Notes under the pieces: generated by a model
Databases searched by the model: none
Told to the model about the DNA's origin: nothing
What the model saw: the letters and a program-made list of their open reading frames with translations, nothing else
In this document: positions 1 to 9,817 of the stretch, one piece after another
How positions within the stretch are numbered: position 1 is the stretch's first letter
Layout: each line of letters starts with the position of its first letter
Made by a program: the position numbers and the translations under genes
Assembly (NCBI GenBank): GCA_031385045.1
Contig: JANNBC010000010.1
Coordinates: 1 to 64,000 of the forward strand
Direction: 5' to 3'
DNA: 64,000 nt
Origin: a bacterium
GTDB lineage: Bacteria; Bdellovibrionota_C; UBA2361; CALJRW01

Positions 1-645
1 TTCCGGTAGCACCAGTAGCTCCGTCGATTCCATTATTTCCGGTAGCACCAGTAGCTCCATCGATTCCATTGTTTCCAGTGGCACCAGTTGATCCTGTAGC
101 ACCAGTAGATCCTGTTGCTCCGGTCGCTCCATCAATTCCATTATTTCCGGTAGCACCAGTAGCTCCGTCGATACCATTATTTCCAGTGGCACCAGTAGAT
201 CCTGTAGCACCGGTCGCTCCATCAATTCCATTGTTTCCTGTTGCACCAGTAGAACCTGTAGCACCGGTCGCTCCATCAATTCCATTATTTCCAGTGGCAC
301 CAGTAGATCCATCAACACCATTGTTTCCAGTTGCGCCAGTAGATCCTGTAGCACCAGTCACTCCATCAATTCCATTGTTTCCGGTAGCACCAGTAGCTCC
401 GTTGATTCCATTATTTCCAGTAGATCCTGTTGCTCCGGTCGCTCCCGTCGCTCCATTAATACCGTTATTCCCAGTGGCACCTGTTACGCCAGTTGTACCG
501 GCTGATCCTGTCGCTCCAGTTACTCCACTCAGACCACTACTTCCAGTAGCACCTGTAGATCCTGTCGCTCCGGTCACTCCATTAATACCGTTATTCCCAG
601 TGGCACCAGTAGAACCTGCCACTCCGGTTGCGCCCGTGGCACCAA
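1..645. repeat. Imperfect tandem 9-bp-period coding repeat (collagen triplets; recurring [15 protein letters not shown] blocks)
   Basis: Recurring ccagtagc, ccggtcgctccatcaattccatt(a/g)ttt units. Confidence 0.9.
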
Positions 646-850
646 GCAATCCTGAATCTGTTGAGTTAAGTAATTCAACATAACCCTTCTTACATGTTGC
701 ATCAGAAGGAATAATTAGCCTTAGAGTTTTAACTCTACCAGTGCTAGTACGCTTAACTTTCAAGCAAATCTTATCGGCAAATGCTGACTCGCTAGTAATA
801 GTCACTAAGGCAATAATTAAAATTGCCGATATTAATTTTGTAAATTTCAT
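1..850 (-). CDS. Secreted collagen-like (Gly-X-Y, mostly G-X-T) repeat protein; 3' end runs off the window
   Basis: Manual translation from ATG at 850: [25 protein letters not shown] (signal peptide), a short two-Cys domain, then continuous [15 protein letters not shown] triplets to position 1. Not in the ORF track; the Pro-rich + strand ORF is its antisense shadow. Confidence 0.93.
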   Translation of the reverse strand, partial: MKFTKLISAILIIALVTITSESAFADKICLKVKRTSTGRVKTLRLIIPSDATCKKGYVELLNSTDSGLLGATGATGVAGSTGATGNNGINGVTGATGSTGATGSSGLSGVTGATGSAGTTGVTGATGNNGINGATGATGATGSTGNNGINGATGATGNNGIDGVTGATGSTGATGNNGVDGSTGATGNNGIDGATGATGSTGATGNNGIDGATGATGSTGATGNNGIDGATGATGNNGIDGATGATGSTGATGSTGATGNNGIDGATGATGNNGIDGATGATG

Positions 851-993
851 AAATTGGTTCTGTGTAAAATATCAGGTTACTATCGGTTATTGAAAGTTCC
901 TATGTCAAGAATTTTCTAAGAATGCTTACATTACCATAGACGATCATATTTCATAACCCTAATTATTATATAATTGGGAAATCTCAATTGATT

Positions 994-1020
994 AAGTCGG
1001 CAAAATTCAAGAAAACTTGA
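994..1020 (-). promoter_or_regulatory. Sigma-28(FliA)-like promoter upstream of the collagen-like gene
   Basis: Minus strand TCAAGTTT-N11-GCCGACTT versus consensus TAAAGTTT-N11-GCCGATAA. Confidence 0.45.
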
Positions 1021-1272
1021 TAAATTATCATTATTTTTTTAAATTATTGCCCAAAGAACTACGACAAATAAAAATAGTAACAAATACATGGTATTAGGGA
1101 GCAAGCGATAAATATAACCGCCTCTTATCAATTGAAATCTAATGCCTGTAAAAAGTATAAATAATAAAGGCTTAACCCAAATTTGAAAGAAAGGCGTCGT
1201 CAATCTCCTACGAAACTTGATTTAATTTAAGCTAGTAGTTCAATTAACCTTCAAATGAGTTAAAAGTTGTAA

Positions 1273-1392
1273 TCAAAAGGCGAGCAAAACTGCTGAGAGG
1301 ATTCCTGTGATGGCAATAGTTATCAATAATTCAACATGACTAATGGCCGAGACTCTAGAAATATGATGCAAGCTTTTTCTAAGTGAATTCAA
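1273..1392 (-). pseudogene. Degenerate type IV pilin/pseudopilin N-terminus
   Basis: Manual translation (M)NSLRKSLHHISRVSA-ISHVELLITIAITGILSAVLLAF*; E at +5 and the GIL motif retained, F1 lost, early stop. Confidence 0.6.
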
Positions 1393-1532
1393 ATGATACC
1401 TTAATTTTTCAAAGTGAGGTTGATCATTTACCCGTTTAGAACTCCTAGCCCATTTTCTTTACATTCTTATTAATCAGCTAATCTTTCAATGGGGGCTTTG
1501 CTAAGACTACAAAGTAAATAAGCTACATGAAA

Positions 1533-3347
1533 TCATTCCCAAGATAAGGGCACAGTAATAGCTCTCGGTTTATTTCCATAAGTTCCACCATCTAACTCTG
1601 CCAAGAAGTTTTTTGCAGCTACCGTATCAACTCTCCCAGGACTCATTAGATGAACTAAACCCGCTTCGGTTGTCGCTGTCCAGATCCGATCAAAAACATA
1701 TTGATAAATGCCATTACCAAAATCACAAAGATTATCATACACCCCAATACTTCTTTGAGTAGACCAATACCCCAGATCTCTCATCGGATTACTCCAAGTG
1801 TGACGAAAGGATGGCGCAAAATGTGCCTCCACCACCTGTCCAGAGAAATCTGTTGGGATTGGAATTGAGTCAGGATTAGCAGTGTAATCAAGAAACTGAA
1901 TTACTTGCGCGGCCAAACTACTTTTCCAAAAAGACAATTTTTGTTCAAAACAAAGGGATGTTAAAAACAATCCTAACTTGCGATCGATGGAAGAAATTCC
2001 ATGATAGACACTGGGAGGACTAACCTCAGCGTTTTCCATGGACTGAGCAATTAATTGATTTAAGTTGGATAAACAAGCTGATAAATTTTGGTTATTAACC
2101 TTTTGAGAATCTTCTAAAGCTTGCTCTAAGCTTACAAAAACATTCTCCCACTCCTGTTGAAAACATTTTGGTCGAAAAGAAGTTTGTAATTCTTTATATA
2201 AGCTATCTAACTCTCGAAGGATTTCAATTGGCGTTCGATAAACTTTTTTATGATTATCATGAATTAGATCATAAGAATCTAAATTTAAGATTGGACTTGA
2301 ATCAAAATCATCAACTTCGAAATGCACTTCCAGATCTTTTAACGATTGCAGGATTTTCCGAGCTCCAGCATCTTGCAATAAATTACTACCAGTGCCCGAT
2401 TCAACTAATGCCGCTTTAACTTCATACAAATCAACTAATAGCGAAATATATTCAGGGATGCCCCTAGTATGGGCGTGAATTTCATTTCTTAAACTTTCCG
2501 ACCAACCAGAAAGCTCTACACCAAGTGTTCGCACCTGATAAATCTTTCCGATTGATGTACAAGAAACCCCATTAAGTAGTAATACATTTCTAGATAAAGA
2601 CTCACGGCTAATTGGTTCTGAGAAACAATAATATGACCATTGTCCTAATCCAATAGAACCATCTAACTCAGACATCGCCTCTGATTCAAATAAAAAAGCA
2701 ACTTCGTCCTTTTCACCGCGCTGTTGCAAGGGATGAATCTGTGACACATAAATACCTACCGTGTTGATATCAATTACATGCCGATCTGCAGGAAAATAAT
2801 CCCAAGATAATAATGTTAACGTTCTATGAGCAGACTTAAGATTAAAACTAGAACGATCTTCAGAATAAAATAAATCTAGAAAATTTTTTAATTGCTGCAC
2901 TTCAATTGCAGGAGGATCTTTTCTAACATGATTAATAGACAGTGCCACTAACTCCTTAAAATTAAAATAATCCTTTTCCCGCTCAAACTTAGGGATTGCT
3001 ACCAAGGCTCCCAAAAGTGTCTCATAACTTTCTACTAACTGAACAATCTTTACGCCGATATTTACTGCATCCTTTTTTAAGGAAAACTCCACAGCTAAAT
3101 TCTCAAGAATCTTCCGACCAATCCTCGACCCTATTTCCATTATCTCTTCACGATCAAGACCAAGCATTTTTAAAGATGGGCAATGTGCTATCGGATGTTG
3201 AATCAAATCAGTAAGGAACCTAACGTTAATTGGATTGGCTAAGATTGGATCAAGACAAGTCGGATCAATCGATTGGGCAATAATTTTTAATGCCTCTCGT
3301 TGAGATTTAATTTCTAAAGTACTTTTATCAGAACGAATTTTAATCAC
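1533..3347 (-). CDS. Hypothetical protein (604 aa)
   Basis: Long ORF in AT-rich DNA; no recognised motif; GTG start uncertain. Confidence 0.75.
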   Translation of the reverse strand: MIKIRSDKSTLEIKSQREALKIIAQSIDPTCLDPILANPINVRFLTDLIQHPIAHCPSLKMLGLDREEIMEIGSRIGRKILENLAVEFSLKKDAVNIGVKIVQLVESYETLLGALVAIPKFEREKDYFNFKELVALSINHVRKDPPAIEVQQLKNFLDLFYSEDRSSFNLKSAHRTLTLLSWDYFPADRHVIDINTVGIYVSQIHPLQQRGEKDEVAFLFESEAMSELDGSIGLGQWSYYCFSEPISRESLSRNVLLLNGVSCTSIGKIYQVRTLGVELSGWSESLRNEIHAHTRGIPEYISLLVDLYEVKAALVESGTGSNLLQDAGARKILQSLKDLEVHFEVDDFDSSPILNLDSYDLIHDNHKKVYRTPIEILRELDSLYKELQTSFRPKCFQQEWENVFVSLEQALEDSQKVNNQNLSACLSNLNQLIAQSMENAEVSPPSVYHGISSIDRKLGLFLTSLCFEQKLSFWKSSLAAQVIQFLDYTANPDSIPIPTDFSGQVVEAHFAPSFRHTWSNPMRDLGYWSTQRSIGVYDNLCDFGNGIYQYVFDRIWTATTEAGLVHLMSPGRVDTVAAKNFLAELDGGTYGNKPRAITVPLSWE

Positions 3348-3803
3348 AAAGTCTTGCTTTTTTGAATCAAAATTTAAAGAGACATATTAAACTATACCTT
3401 GGTCAAAAATATGATCACAGATCCCAAATGTCATGTTTAAATCTGCTTAGATGTTATGAGTATTAAGGCCAATGTGTGCTTCTTTTGCCAACCTCAGATA
3501 GCCTTCGCAACTTATCAGGATGGCGCAATAAAAACTACTAATTGCCAAATCGTTACACGACCTGATTATCCAGTGATTTAATGATTATTATTAACTATTT
3601 ATAGGCTTTAGCTTTTAAAAATAGGTCAGAAATAATCAATGACACTCATAGCTATTTTTGGGGATTTGGATTAGTGATACTTTTTAGAGCCTCAATCTAT
3701 TTATCTCTCTGCAAAATACTCATTCTTTCTGCAAAGGCCAAACTCTACATAGCAACTCCAACTTGCAAGGTTTAGATTATACAAGTAGCTTAACAGAAAT
3801 AAA

Positions 3804-4574
3804 ATGAACCTCCCTATCGAACTCCAATTTGGCTCAATTCACTTACCAATTCATGCAGTCTTAGAGCTTTTGGCGTTCTTTATTGGCTATCGATATTTTC
3901 TCCAGATCAACAAAACCTCCAAACACACAGCACTGCCCCCTCAAATTGAGGTTTATATTATTGTTGGGATGGCAACTGGAGCCTTTTTTGGTTCTAGATT
4001 CATTGCTGCCTTAGAAAATCCATTACTATTTATTGATCCACCTAGCTGGACTTATTATATTGGAAATCAAACTATCCTAGGCGGACTAGCCGGTGGAATT
4101 GCAGGCGTTGAGATTGCTAAAAAATTTCTAAGAGTAAGTACAAGGACTGGAGATCTCTTTGTCTATCCACTAATTCTTGGAATGATTATTGGAAGAATTG
4201 GTTGCCTACTTACAGGAGTAACTGATGGAACCGTTGGGCTACCATCTGATCTCCCTTGGGCATTTGATCAAGGAGATGGACTAACTCGTCATCCAACATC
4301 TGCTTATGAGATCCTTTTCTTATTCGGTATTTGGATTTTTCTTAAAAAAATATCTCAAAACCTTTCACTGGAGAAAGGTGATATCTTCCGCATATTTATT
4401 ATTTCCTACTCATGCTTTAGATTTGTAGTTGAATTCCTAAAGCCAAGCTACGCAATTATTTTATATTTATCTCCTATTCAATTACTATGCTTATTGCTTA
4501 TCGCCATATACAGTTATAGATTTATAGAGCTTTTTATTTTTCAACTCTCAAGCGGAGGCAAATATCATGAGTAA
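3804..4574 (+). CDS. Prolipoprotein diacylglyceryl transferase (Lgt)-family protein, probably a paralog
   Basis: GRIGCLLTG, LPWA, RHPTSAYE and FRFVVEFLK motifs; multiple TM segments. Confidence 0.88.
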   Translation: MNLPIELQFGSIHLPIHAVLELLAFFIGYRYFLQINKTSKHTALPPQIEVYIIVGMATGAFFGSRFIAALENPLLFIDPPSWTYYIGNQTILGGLAGGIAGVEIAKKFLRVSTRTGDLFVYPLILGMIIGRIGCLLTGVTDGTVGLPSDLPWAFDQGDGLTRHPTSAYEILFLFGIWIFLKKISQNLSLEKGDIFRIFIISYSCFRFVVEFLKPSYAIILYLSPIQLLCLLLIAIYSYRFIELFIFQLSSGGKYHE

Positions 4575-5019
4575 TAACAAAACACCTCCAGAGCTTATTA
4601 ATTATATCTATCTGGAAAAGAACAAGTTGGAAGAAAAAATAAAAAGAGAATTATCGGAGAAAGGTCTGAGTGAAAATGAAATTAACCAACTAAATAGGAA
4701 AGCGGATCGGTTACTGAAATCCACGAAAATCACTGAAGATATTATAATCTATCGTCGAATTATTTGTGGAATTATCTTCGTAATATTATCAATCGGCTCA
4801 GTAGGAATCATGTTGTCACTTCGCCTACCACCAGGATTTTTCTTATTATCAATAATTAACCTAGGAGTTGCCACAATTGCCTGTAAACGAATTAGAGAGA
4901 GAAAACAGGGGTTCGGTATTTTATTAGATTTCATTATAACTCTAATTACTGCCTTAGCAATTTCAATAATTACCTCTCCAGTTATTGCTTTTGTGACCTG
5001 CTTATTTATAATTAAATAA
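4567..5019 (+). CDS. Small membrane protein (about 3 TM) with a C-terminal Cys after a hydrophobic helix
   Basis: Overlaps the lgt-like stop, GGAGG upstream, ends 4 bp before the radical SAM gene; ends ...SPVIAFVTCLFIIK. Confidence 0.8.
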   Translation: MSNNKTPPELINYIYLEKNKLEEKIKRELSEKGLSENEINQLNRKADRLLKSTKITEDIIIYRRIICGIIFVILSIGSVGIMLSLRLPPGFFLLSIINLGVATIACKRIRERKQGFGILLDFIITLITALAISIITSPVIAFVTCLFIIK

Positions 5020-5023
5020 CTGC

Positions 5024-6400
5024 ATGTCACTACTTTCCACCTATCAAGCACCTGAAAGCATCAAGAAAACAATTAGTCGTTGTCCAATTTGTAGGGCTCA
5101 CGCCCCAGCGGAAGTTTTAAAAGTCTATCAAAATGGATGCGAGCAAATTATTATGCGACGCACTTGTGAAGAACATGGCGAACATGATTTTATCATTTCT
5201 AGTGATGCTCGTTTTTATTGGCTAGCACAAGGCAATCCAATTAATAGTGCCTGTGGCTGTGGTAGCACCTGCTACTCTGCAGGCAAGGGAAAAGATGGCT
5301 ACCTTGGAGATAATGCTCTAAATGAAGCTAAACATGGAACAATGGATCGACTCTCAACCTGTTTAGCATTAATTGAAATTGTTGATTCCTGTAACTTGTC
5401 TTGCCCAACTTGTTTTGCTGACTCACCATTAGGAGTTAAAGATCATAAATTAAAATATCATAGCTTTGAAAAATTAACTGAGAGAATTCAAGGCATCTTA
5501 GATCAAAAAAATCATATTGAAATTTTACAATTCTCTGGTGGGGAACCAACAATTCATCCTGAATTTTTTCGTTTAGTGGAATGGGTCAGGCAGAATCCAG
5601 ATATCGACTATTTATTAATTAATACTAATGGTGTGAGGCTCGCCAAAGATAAAGACTTCCTACAGCAAACCGGCGAGCTAATTAAAAAGTATGATAATTT
5701 TCAGCTCTACCTGCAATTTGATGGCCCGCAAGAAGCAGGACAAATGGAACTCCGAGGCACTGACTTAAGAAAAATCAGAGAGCAAGCAATTAAGAACTGT
5801 GCGGCTATCGACTTGCCAATTACCCTAGCAATGACCGTAACTCCAACGACACTGAATCATCTTTGGGAGACGGCGGAATATGCCCGCAAATTCGAAAATA
5901 TACGCGGGATAAGTTTTCAGCCAATGTTTTTATCGGGTCGTCGCCCTAATCCAAAAGATCTACTACCACAGCCAATCACATCAGCTGATGTGATCTTAGC
6001 CCTGCACCAGCAATCTAATGGACTACTATCGTTAGATGATTTCACACCCCTACCCTGTGGCGATCCCAACTGTTCAATCATTGGCTGGCTTTTTAGAGTA
6101 AAGAATAAATTCTACTCCCCAGCAAAATTTGGCATTGATCTACCAGCACTACAATCTAATTTCCCTGATCGTGTAAACTACGACATTGAAGATCTGAAAA
6201 AATGTGGCTGTGACGACACTCCGCTTGGTAACTTAATGAAATCAATGGAGGTAAAGGAGTCTAATGCTTTTCGTTTGTTCATTAAACCATTTATGGATGA
6301 ACGAACTTGGGACGAAGATCGCATCGATCGCTGTTGCACTCACGTGATTAGGCCAGACGGGAAACTTGATTCGTTTTGTAGATATTACTTTGGAAGCTAA
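5024..6400 (+). CDS. Radical SAM protein, MJ0619/Tes (GDGT-MAS)-like family
   Basis: N-terminal CPIC...CEEHG rubredoxin-like motif, CNLSCPTC, SGGEPTIHP, YLQFDG, C-terminal RCCTHVIRPDGKLDSFC auxiliary-cluster motif. Confidence 0.88.
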   Translation: MSLLSTYQAPESIKKTISRCPICRAHAPAEVLKVYQNGCEQIIMRRTCEEHGEHDFIISSDARFYWLAQGNPINSACGCGSTCYSAGKGKDGYLGDNALNEAKHGTMDRLSTCLALIEIVDSCNLSCPTCFADSPLGVKDHKLKYHSFEKLTERIQGILDQKNHIEILQFSGGEPTIHPEFFRLVEWVRQNPDIDYLLINTNGVRLAKDKDFLQQTGELIKKYDNFQLYLQFDGPQEAGQMELRGTDLRKIREQAIKNCAAIDLPITLAMTVTPTTLNHLWETAEYARKFENIRGISFQPMFLSGRRPNPKDLLPQPITSADVILALHQQSNGLLSLDDFTPLPCGDPNCSIIGWLFRVKNKFYSPAKFGIDLPALQSNFPDRVNYDIEDLKKCGCDDTPLGNLMKSMEVKESNAFRLFIKPFMDERTWDEDRIDRCCTHVIRPDGKLDSFCRYYFGS

Positions 6401-6422
6401 CTGCCAAAATTACAAAGTTAAT

Positions 6423-8018
6423 TTATTTAAGAATAGGCAATTTCTCTCTCCCATTAATCTCACTTGTATGATCAAGACTGTGATTAACAATCAATGGCCC
6501 ATAAACTAACTCGATATAATCTTTAGCTAAACGTTTGGCACAATATTTTTCTCTACATAAAATATTGGCATCTCTTACAATCTTACTGCGAAGTTGCAGG
6601 TCGGCAAGTAGCCGTTTTAATGCCCCAGCCATTTGCTCGCAATTATCAAGTTCAACTAGCAGGCCTGTTTCTTGGTCTTTAATATATTCTGGTATCCCAC
6701 CAACATTATTAGCTACTACAGGAACTCCCATTAAAATTGCCTCGATCGCTGATCGACCTAAGGCTTCATAGCGAGTTGGGAAAACAAAAGCCGAACTCAC
6801 AGATAATAATGCTCTAATGCCCTGAGCGTTTAATGCCGGTTGAATTGTGAAAAAACTAGCAAGTCCTAATTCGGATAATTGCTGCTTAATCAAATTAAAA
6901 TATTTAGAATCTTGGATTGTACCAATAAGTGCAAAATGAAAATCTTCTCCATATTTACTAAGTAATTCTTTAGCTACTTCTACCAAGGCAATCTGTCCTT
7001 TCCCCTCGCAAATTCGCGCATGATAGGTAATGATTTTTTTATCATTAGGTAGATTTAATTCCTGTTTGATTGATACTTTTTCTTCTGGCTTAACTAATGA
7101 AGGATTAAAATAGTCGATATCAATTGCCGAGCCAATTACAATTGATGGCTGCCCTTTAAATTGATCTTGTGCATACTTGGACACAGCAACTAAAGGACTA
7201 TGTTGAAAAATCGGAGACCTAAACTTAAGAATGTCATTTAATTTAGGAAGCAAACTGGAAACAGGCTTTTGCCTTTCTCTCCATTCGTTATAACGTAATT
7301 GGAATGCTCTAATTAATCCACACTCCTCGACTAATTCAGAAACATATTTAGTAAAATTTGCAAACTTTTGAATCTTATTTACTTTATACTTTTGGGGACC
7401 CACACACGTATGGTTTGTGGCAATAATTGGAATATCTCTACGCTTTGCTTCCTCAAAGACTCCATCAAAGGAAGGTCTTTGCACATGCACATAATGCATA
7501 TGAATTAAGTCGAAGTTTTTTTTATCTAATTCTTGCTTGAGTGCCTCCATCGTAACTTGGCGAAATCGACCAAAATTGGGGACAGCCTGAAAATATGTAT
7601 TTCCTAGTGACTCAGCACAATTTGAATCCTCCACCTTTGTATGATTATTCATAGATCTTGAAAGGACATGAATATCAACTGGATAAGACTTGGCTAAAGC
7701 CTTATCTAGTTCCATTAACTCCATCTCCATACCACCAACTGCTAGCATATTCTTGGCACTTATTAATAATCCATAAGCACCAAATGTAACTCTTAAAATA
7801 TTAATCCTAGGTAAGGCTAAGGTTGGTAAATTTAATTTCTCTAAACATTGGAAACAGCTCGCTTGTTTTTCAGGTGAAACCGACGAATTAAAACCTAAAA
7901 TAATCTCGTTCGGGATATCAAATCTCGGCTTAAGGCGTGGCAATTGTGAAGATAAACATTTTTCAAGGGTCAATTTCTTCTCGGAATTTAATAAGAAATT
8001 AATTATCCAAGTTTTCAA
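6423..8018 (-). CDS. Glycosyltransferase family 4 (GT-B) with N-terminal extension
   Basis: VGGME, ARICEGKG, FPTRYEALGRSAIEAILMGVPVV, GGIPE motifs. Confidence 0.88.
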   Translation of the reverse strand: MKTWIINFLLNSEKKLTLEKCLSSQLPRLKPRFDIPNEIILGFNSSVSPEKQASCFQCLEKLNLPTLALPRINILRVTFGAYGLLISAKNMLAVGGMEMELMELDKALAKSYPVDIHVLSRSMNNHTKVEDSNCAESLGNTYFQAVPNFGRFRQVTMEALKQELDKKNFDLIHMHYVHVQRPSFDGVFEEAKRRDIPIIATNHTCVGPQKYKVNKIQKFANFTKYVSELVEECGLIRAFQLRYNEWRERQKPVSSLLPKLNDILKFRSPIFQHSPLVAVSKYAQDQFKGQPSIVIGSAIDIDYFNPSLVKPEEKVSIKQELNLPNDKKIITYHARICEGKGQIALVEVAKELLSKYGEDFHFALIGTIQDSKYFNLIKQQLSELGLASFFTIQPALNAQGIRALLSVSSAFVFPTRYEALGRSAIEAILMGVPVVANNVGGIPEYIKDQETGLLVELDNCEQMAGALKRLLADLQLRSKIVRDANILCREKYCAKRLAKDYIELVYGPLIVNHSLDHTSEINGREKLPILK

Positions 8019-8199
8019 TTCTTAGTCAATTTTTCAGGAGATCTGCCATTTTACTTTAAAACAGGCAACTTAGCAGCATTAATGCTATTTTATAATTTAG
8101 CAGACGTTAAAGACTAAATGATTGAAAATCAGGAAATTTAAGTGCCCATAGAGATTAATACCTCAAAAAAAAGTTGCCTAGCTTTAAGTAAAAGACAAT

Positions 8200-9696
8200 T
8201 TACATAAAATGATCGTGTATTTTATTGAAGCGCTCCAAGGTCGCTTTCACCCCAGCCATCTCTAATGAAACAACATATTTCTGAACTTGCTCTTTAAATA
8301 CGCCAGATGTTTTCAAAGATTTAGGAAAAAGATCCTGATTAATAAAGTTATTAACTCCAGCACGCGCTAGCTCTTGTAAGCTATTAGCATTTGGGTCATT
8401 AATAATTATTTTTTTTCCTTTCTGATCAAAGCCCTTTAGATAAACAATCCAACTAGCAATTATTAAAGAAAGTCCCTCAATTTGACTTTGCTCGGCAACA
8501 GCAATCTCCAGCGATGGCAAAACAAACTTGGGAATTTTGGCAGAGCCATCCATGCAAATCCTAGAAAGCTGATCTTGAATATTAGGATTTTTAAATCGCT
8601 TAATAACTTGATTACGATAGTCATCCAGATCTAATCCCTCCATATTCTTCAAATATGGTTTAATTTCCAAATCGATTGTGATTCTAAGATATTTTTCAAA
8701 TAAGGGATCCTGAATAACTTGGCCCACAGTTTGATATCCACGTAGACTTCCAACATACCCAAGAGCAGAATGTCCTGCATTCAAAATTCGCAACTTCGCT
8801 TGCTCATAGGCTAAAACATCATCAACCATCTGCACACCGACTCTTTCCAGCGCGGGACGTCCATTACAAAAATGGTCTTCAATTACCCACTGACGAAAAG
8901 TTTCTGGAACTACGGGACGTAGATCTGCTATCTGATATTTTTCCCTAAGATAATTTGAATCACTTTCTTTTGTAACTGGTGTAATGCGATCGACAACACT
9001 ATTAGGAAAGGTTACTTCTGATTCAATCCAATTGGCCAAGCTTGGGGAAATCCCCCTAGCCAAAGTTACGGTAACTTCCCGGGCAATATCTCCATTATGT
9101 TGCAGGTTATCACAAGAAAGGACTGTAAAAGGTGCAACCCCTGCTTCTTTTCTTAAACGCAAGGCTTCAACAATAAATCCAAAAGCGGTTTTTGGATCTT
9201 CCGGATGAGCTAAGTCATGTAAAAAATTTAGATCGCTTGTTTTTACACTTCTAGACTGATCATCAAATAAATATCCCCCTTCAGTAATTGTCATACTAAC
9301 AATCTTAATTTCTGGCTGACTCATTTTTCGAAGGATAGCGAGTGAGCTATCACTCTTAAATAGTAATTCTTTTATTGAACCAATTACCCGAACTTCTTCT
9401 CTCTCTGAATCGCGAGAAAGTACCGTATAGAGACAATCTTGTGATTGCAGATCGGCATGCAAATCTTTTGCTGCTGGTAATATGTCTGCGCCACAAAGCC
9501 CCCAAGCAAGTTGATCTGGATAGCGGAGCAAGTCATCATAGTAAACTGCTTGATGAGCCCGATGGAAGGCTCCGACTCCCAGATGAAATATTCCCGTTCC
9601 AACTGCACTTCTTTGATACCCCGGTTGAATAATCTTCTCTGTTGCTAGAGAAAGATTGGCATCTGTCGACAAAATGTTCACTAAAGTATTTTCCAT
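8200..9696 (-). CDS. Mannitol dehydrogenase / mannonate oxidoreductase family protein
   Basis: HLGVGAFHRAHQA, TITEGGY, LSCDN, FPNSVVDRITP, KLRILNAGHS. Confidence 0.93.
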   Translation of the reverse strand: MENTLVNILSTDANLSLATEKIIQPGYQRSAVGTGIFHLGVGAFHRAHQAVYYDDLLRYPDQLAWGLCGADILPAAKDLHADLQSQDCLYTVLSRDSEREEVRVIGSIKELLFKSDSSLAILRKMSQPEIKIVSMTITEGGYLFDDQSRSVKTSDLNFLHDLAHPEDPKTAFGFIVEALRLRKEAGVAPFTVLSCDNLQHNGDIAREVTVTLARGISPSLANWIESEVTFPNSVVDRITPVTKESDSNYLREKYQIADLRPVVPETFRQWVIEDHFCNGRPALERVGVQMVDDVLAYEQAKLRILNAGHSALGYVGSLRGYQTVGQVIQDPLFEKYLRITIDLEIKPYLKNMEGLDLDDYRNQVIKRFKNPNIQDQLSRICMDGSAKIPKFVLPSLEIAVAEQSQIEGLSLIIASWIVYLKGFDQKGKKIIINDPNANSLQELARAGVNNFINQDLFPKSLKTSGVFKEQVQKYVVSLEMAGVKATLERFNKIHDHFM

Positions 9697-9780
9697 ATCT
9701 ATTAAACCAATAATAAAGTCTTATAACTTTACGAATCTTATTGACTATGAGCGAATATCTGTAGCATTACGCTATTAATT

Positions 9781-9789
9781 TGCTATAAT
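9781..9789 (+). promoter_or_regulatory. Extended -10 promoter (TGnTATAAT) of the Lrp-family gene
   Basis: TGCTATAAT 28 bp before the ATG; direct repeat TTACGAATC at 9729 and 9791. Confidence 0.5.
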
Positions 9790-9817
9790 ATTACGAATCA
9801 CTACATAATATTCCAAA

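Noticed and set aside
69..683. Pro/Val-rich 204-aa ORF on the + strand
   Set aside because: Antisense shadow of the collagen-like gene, which has the signal peptide and ATG
3405..3581. Short Cys-rich reading (CLDVMSIKANVCFFCQ) resembling a zinc ribbon
   Set aside because: Interrupted by a stop and too short to support a call
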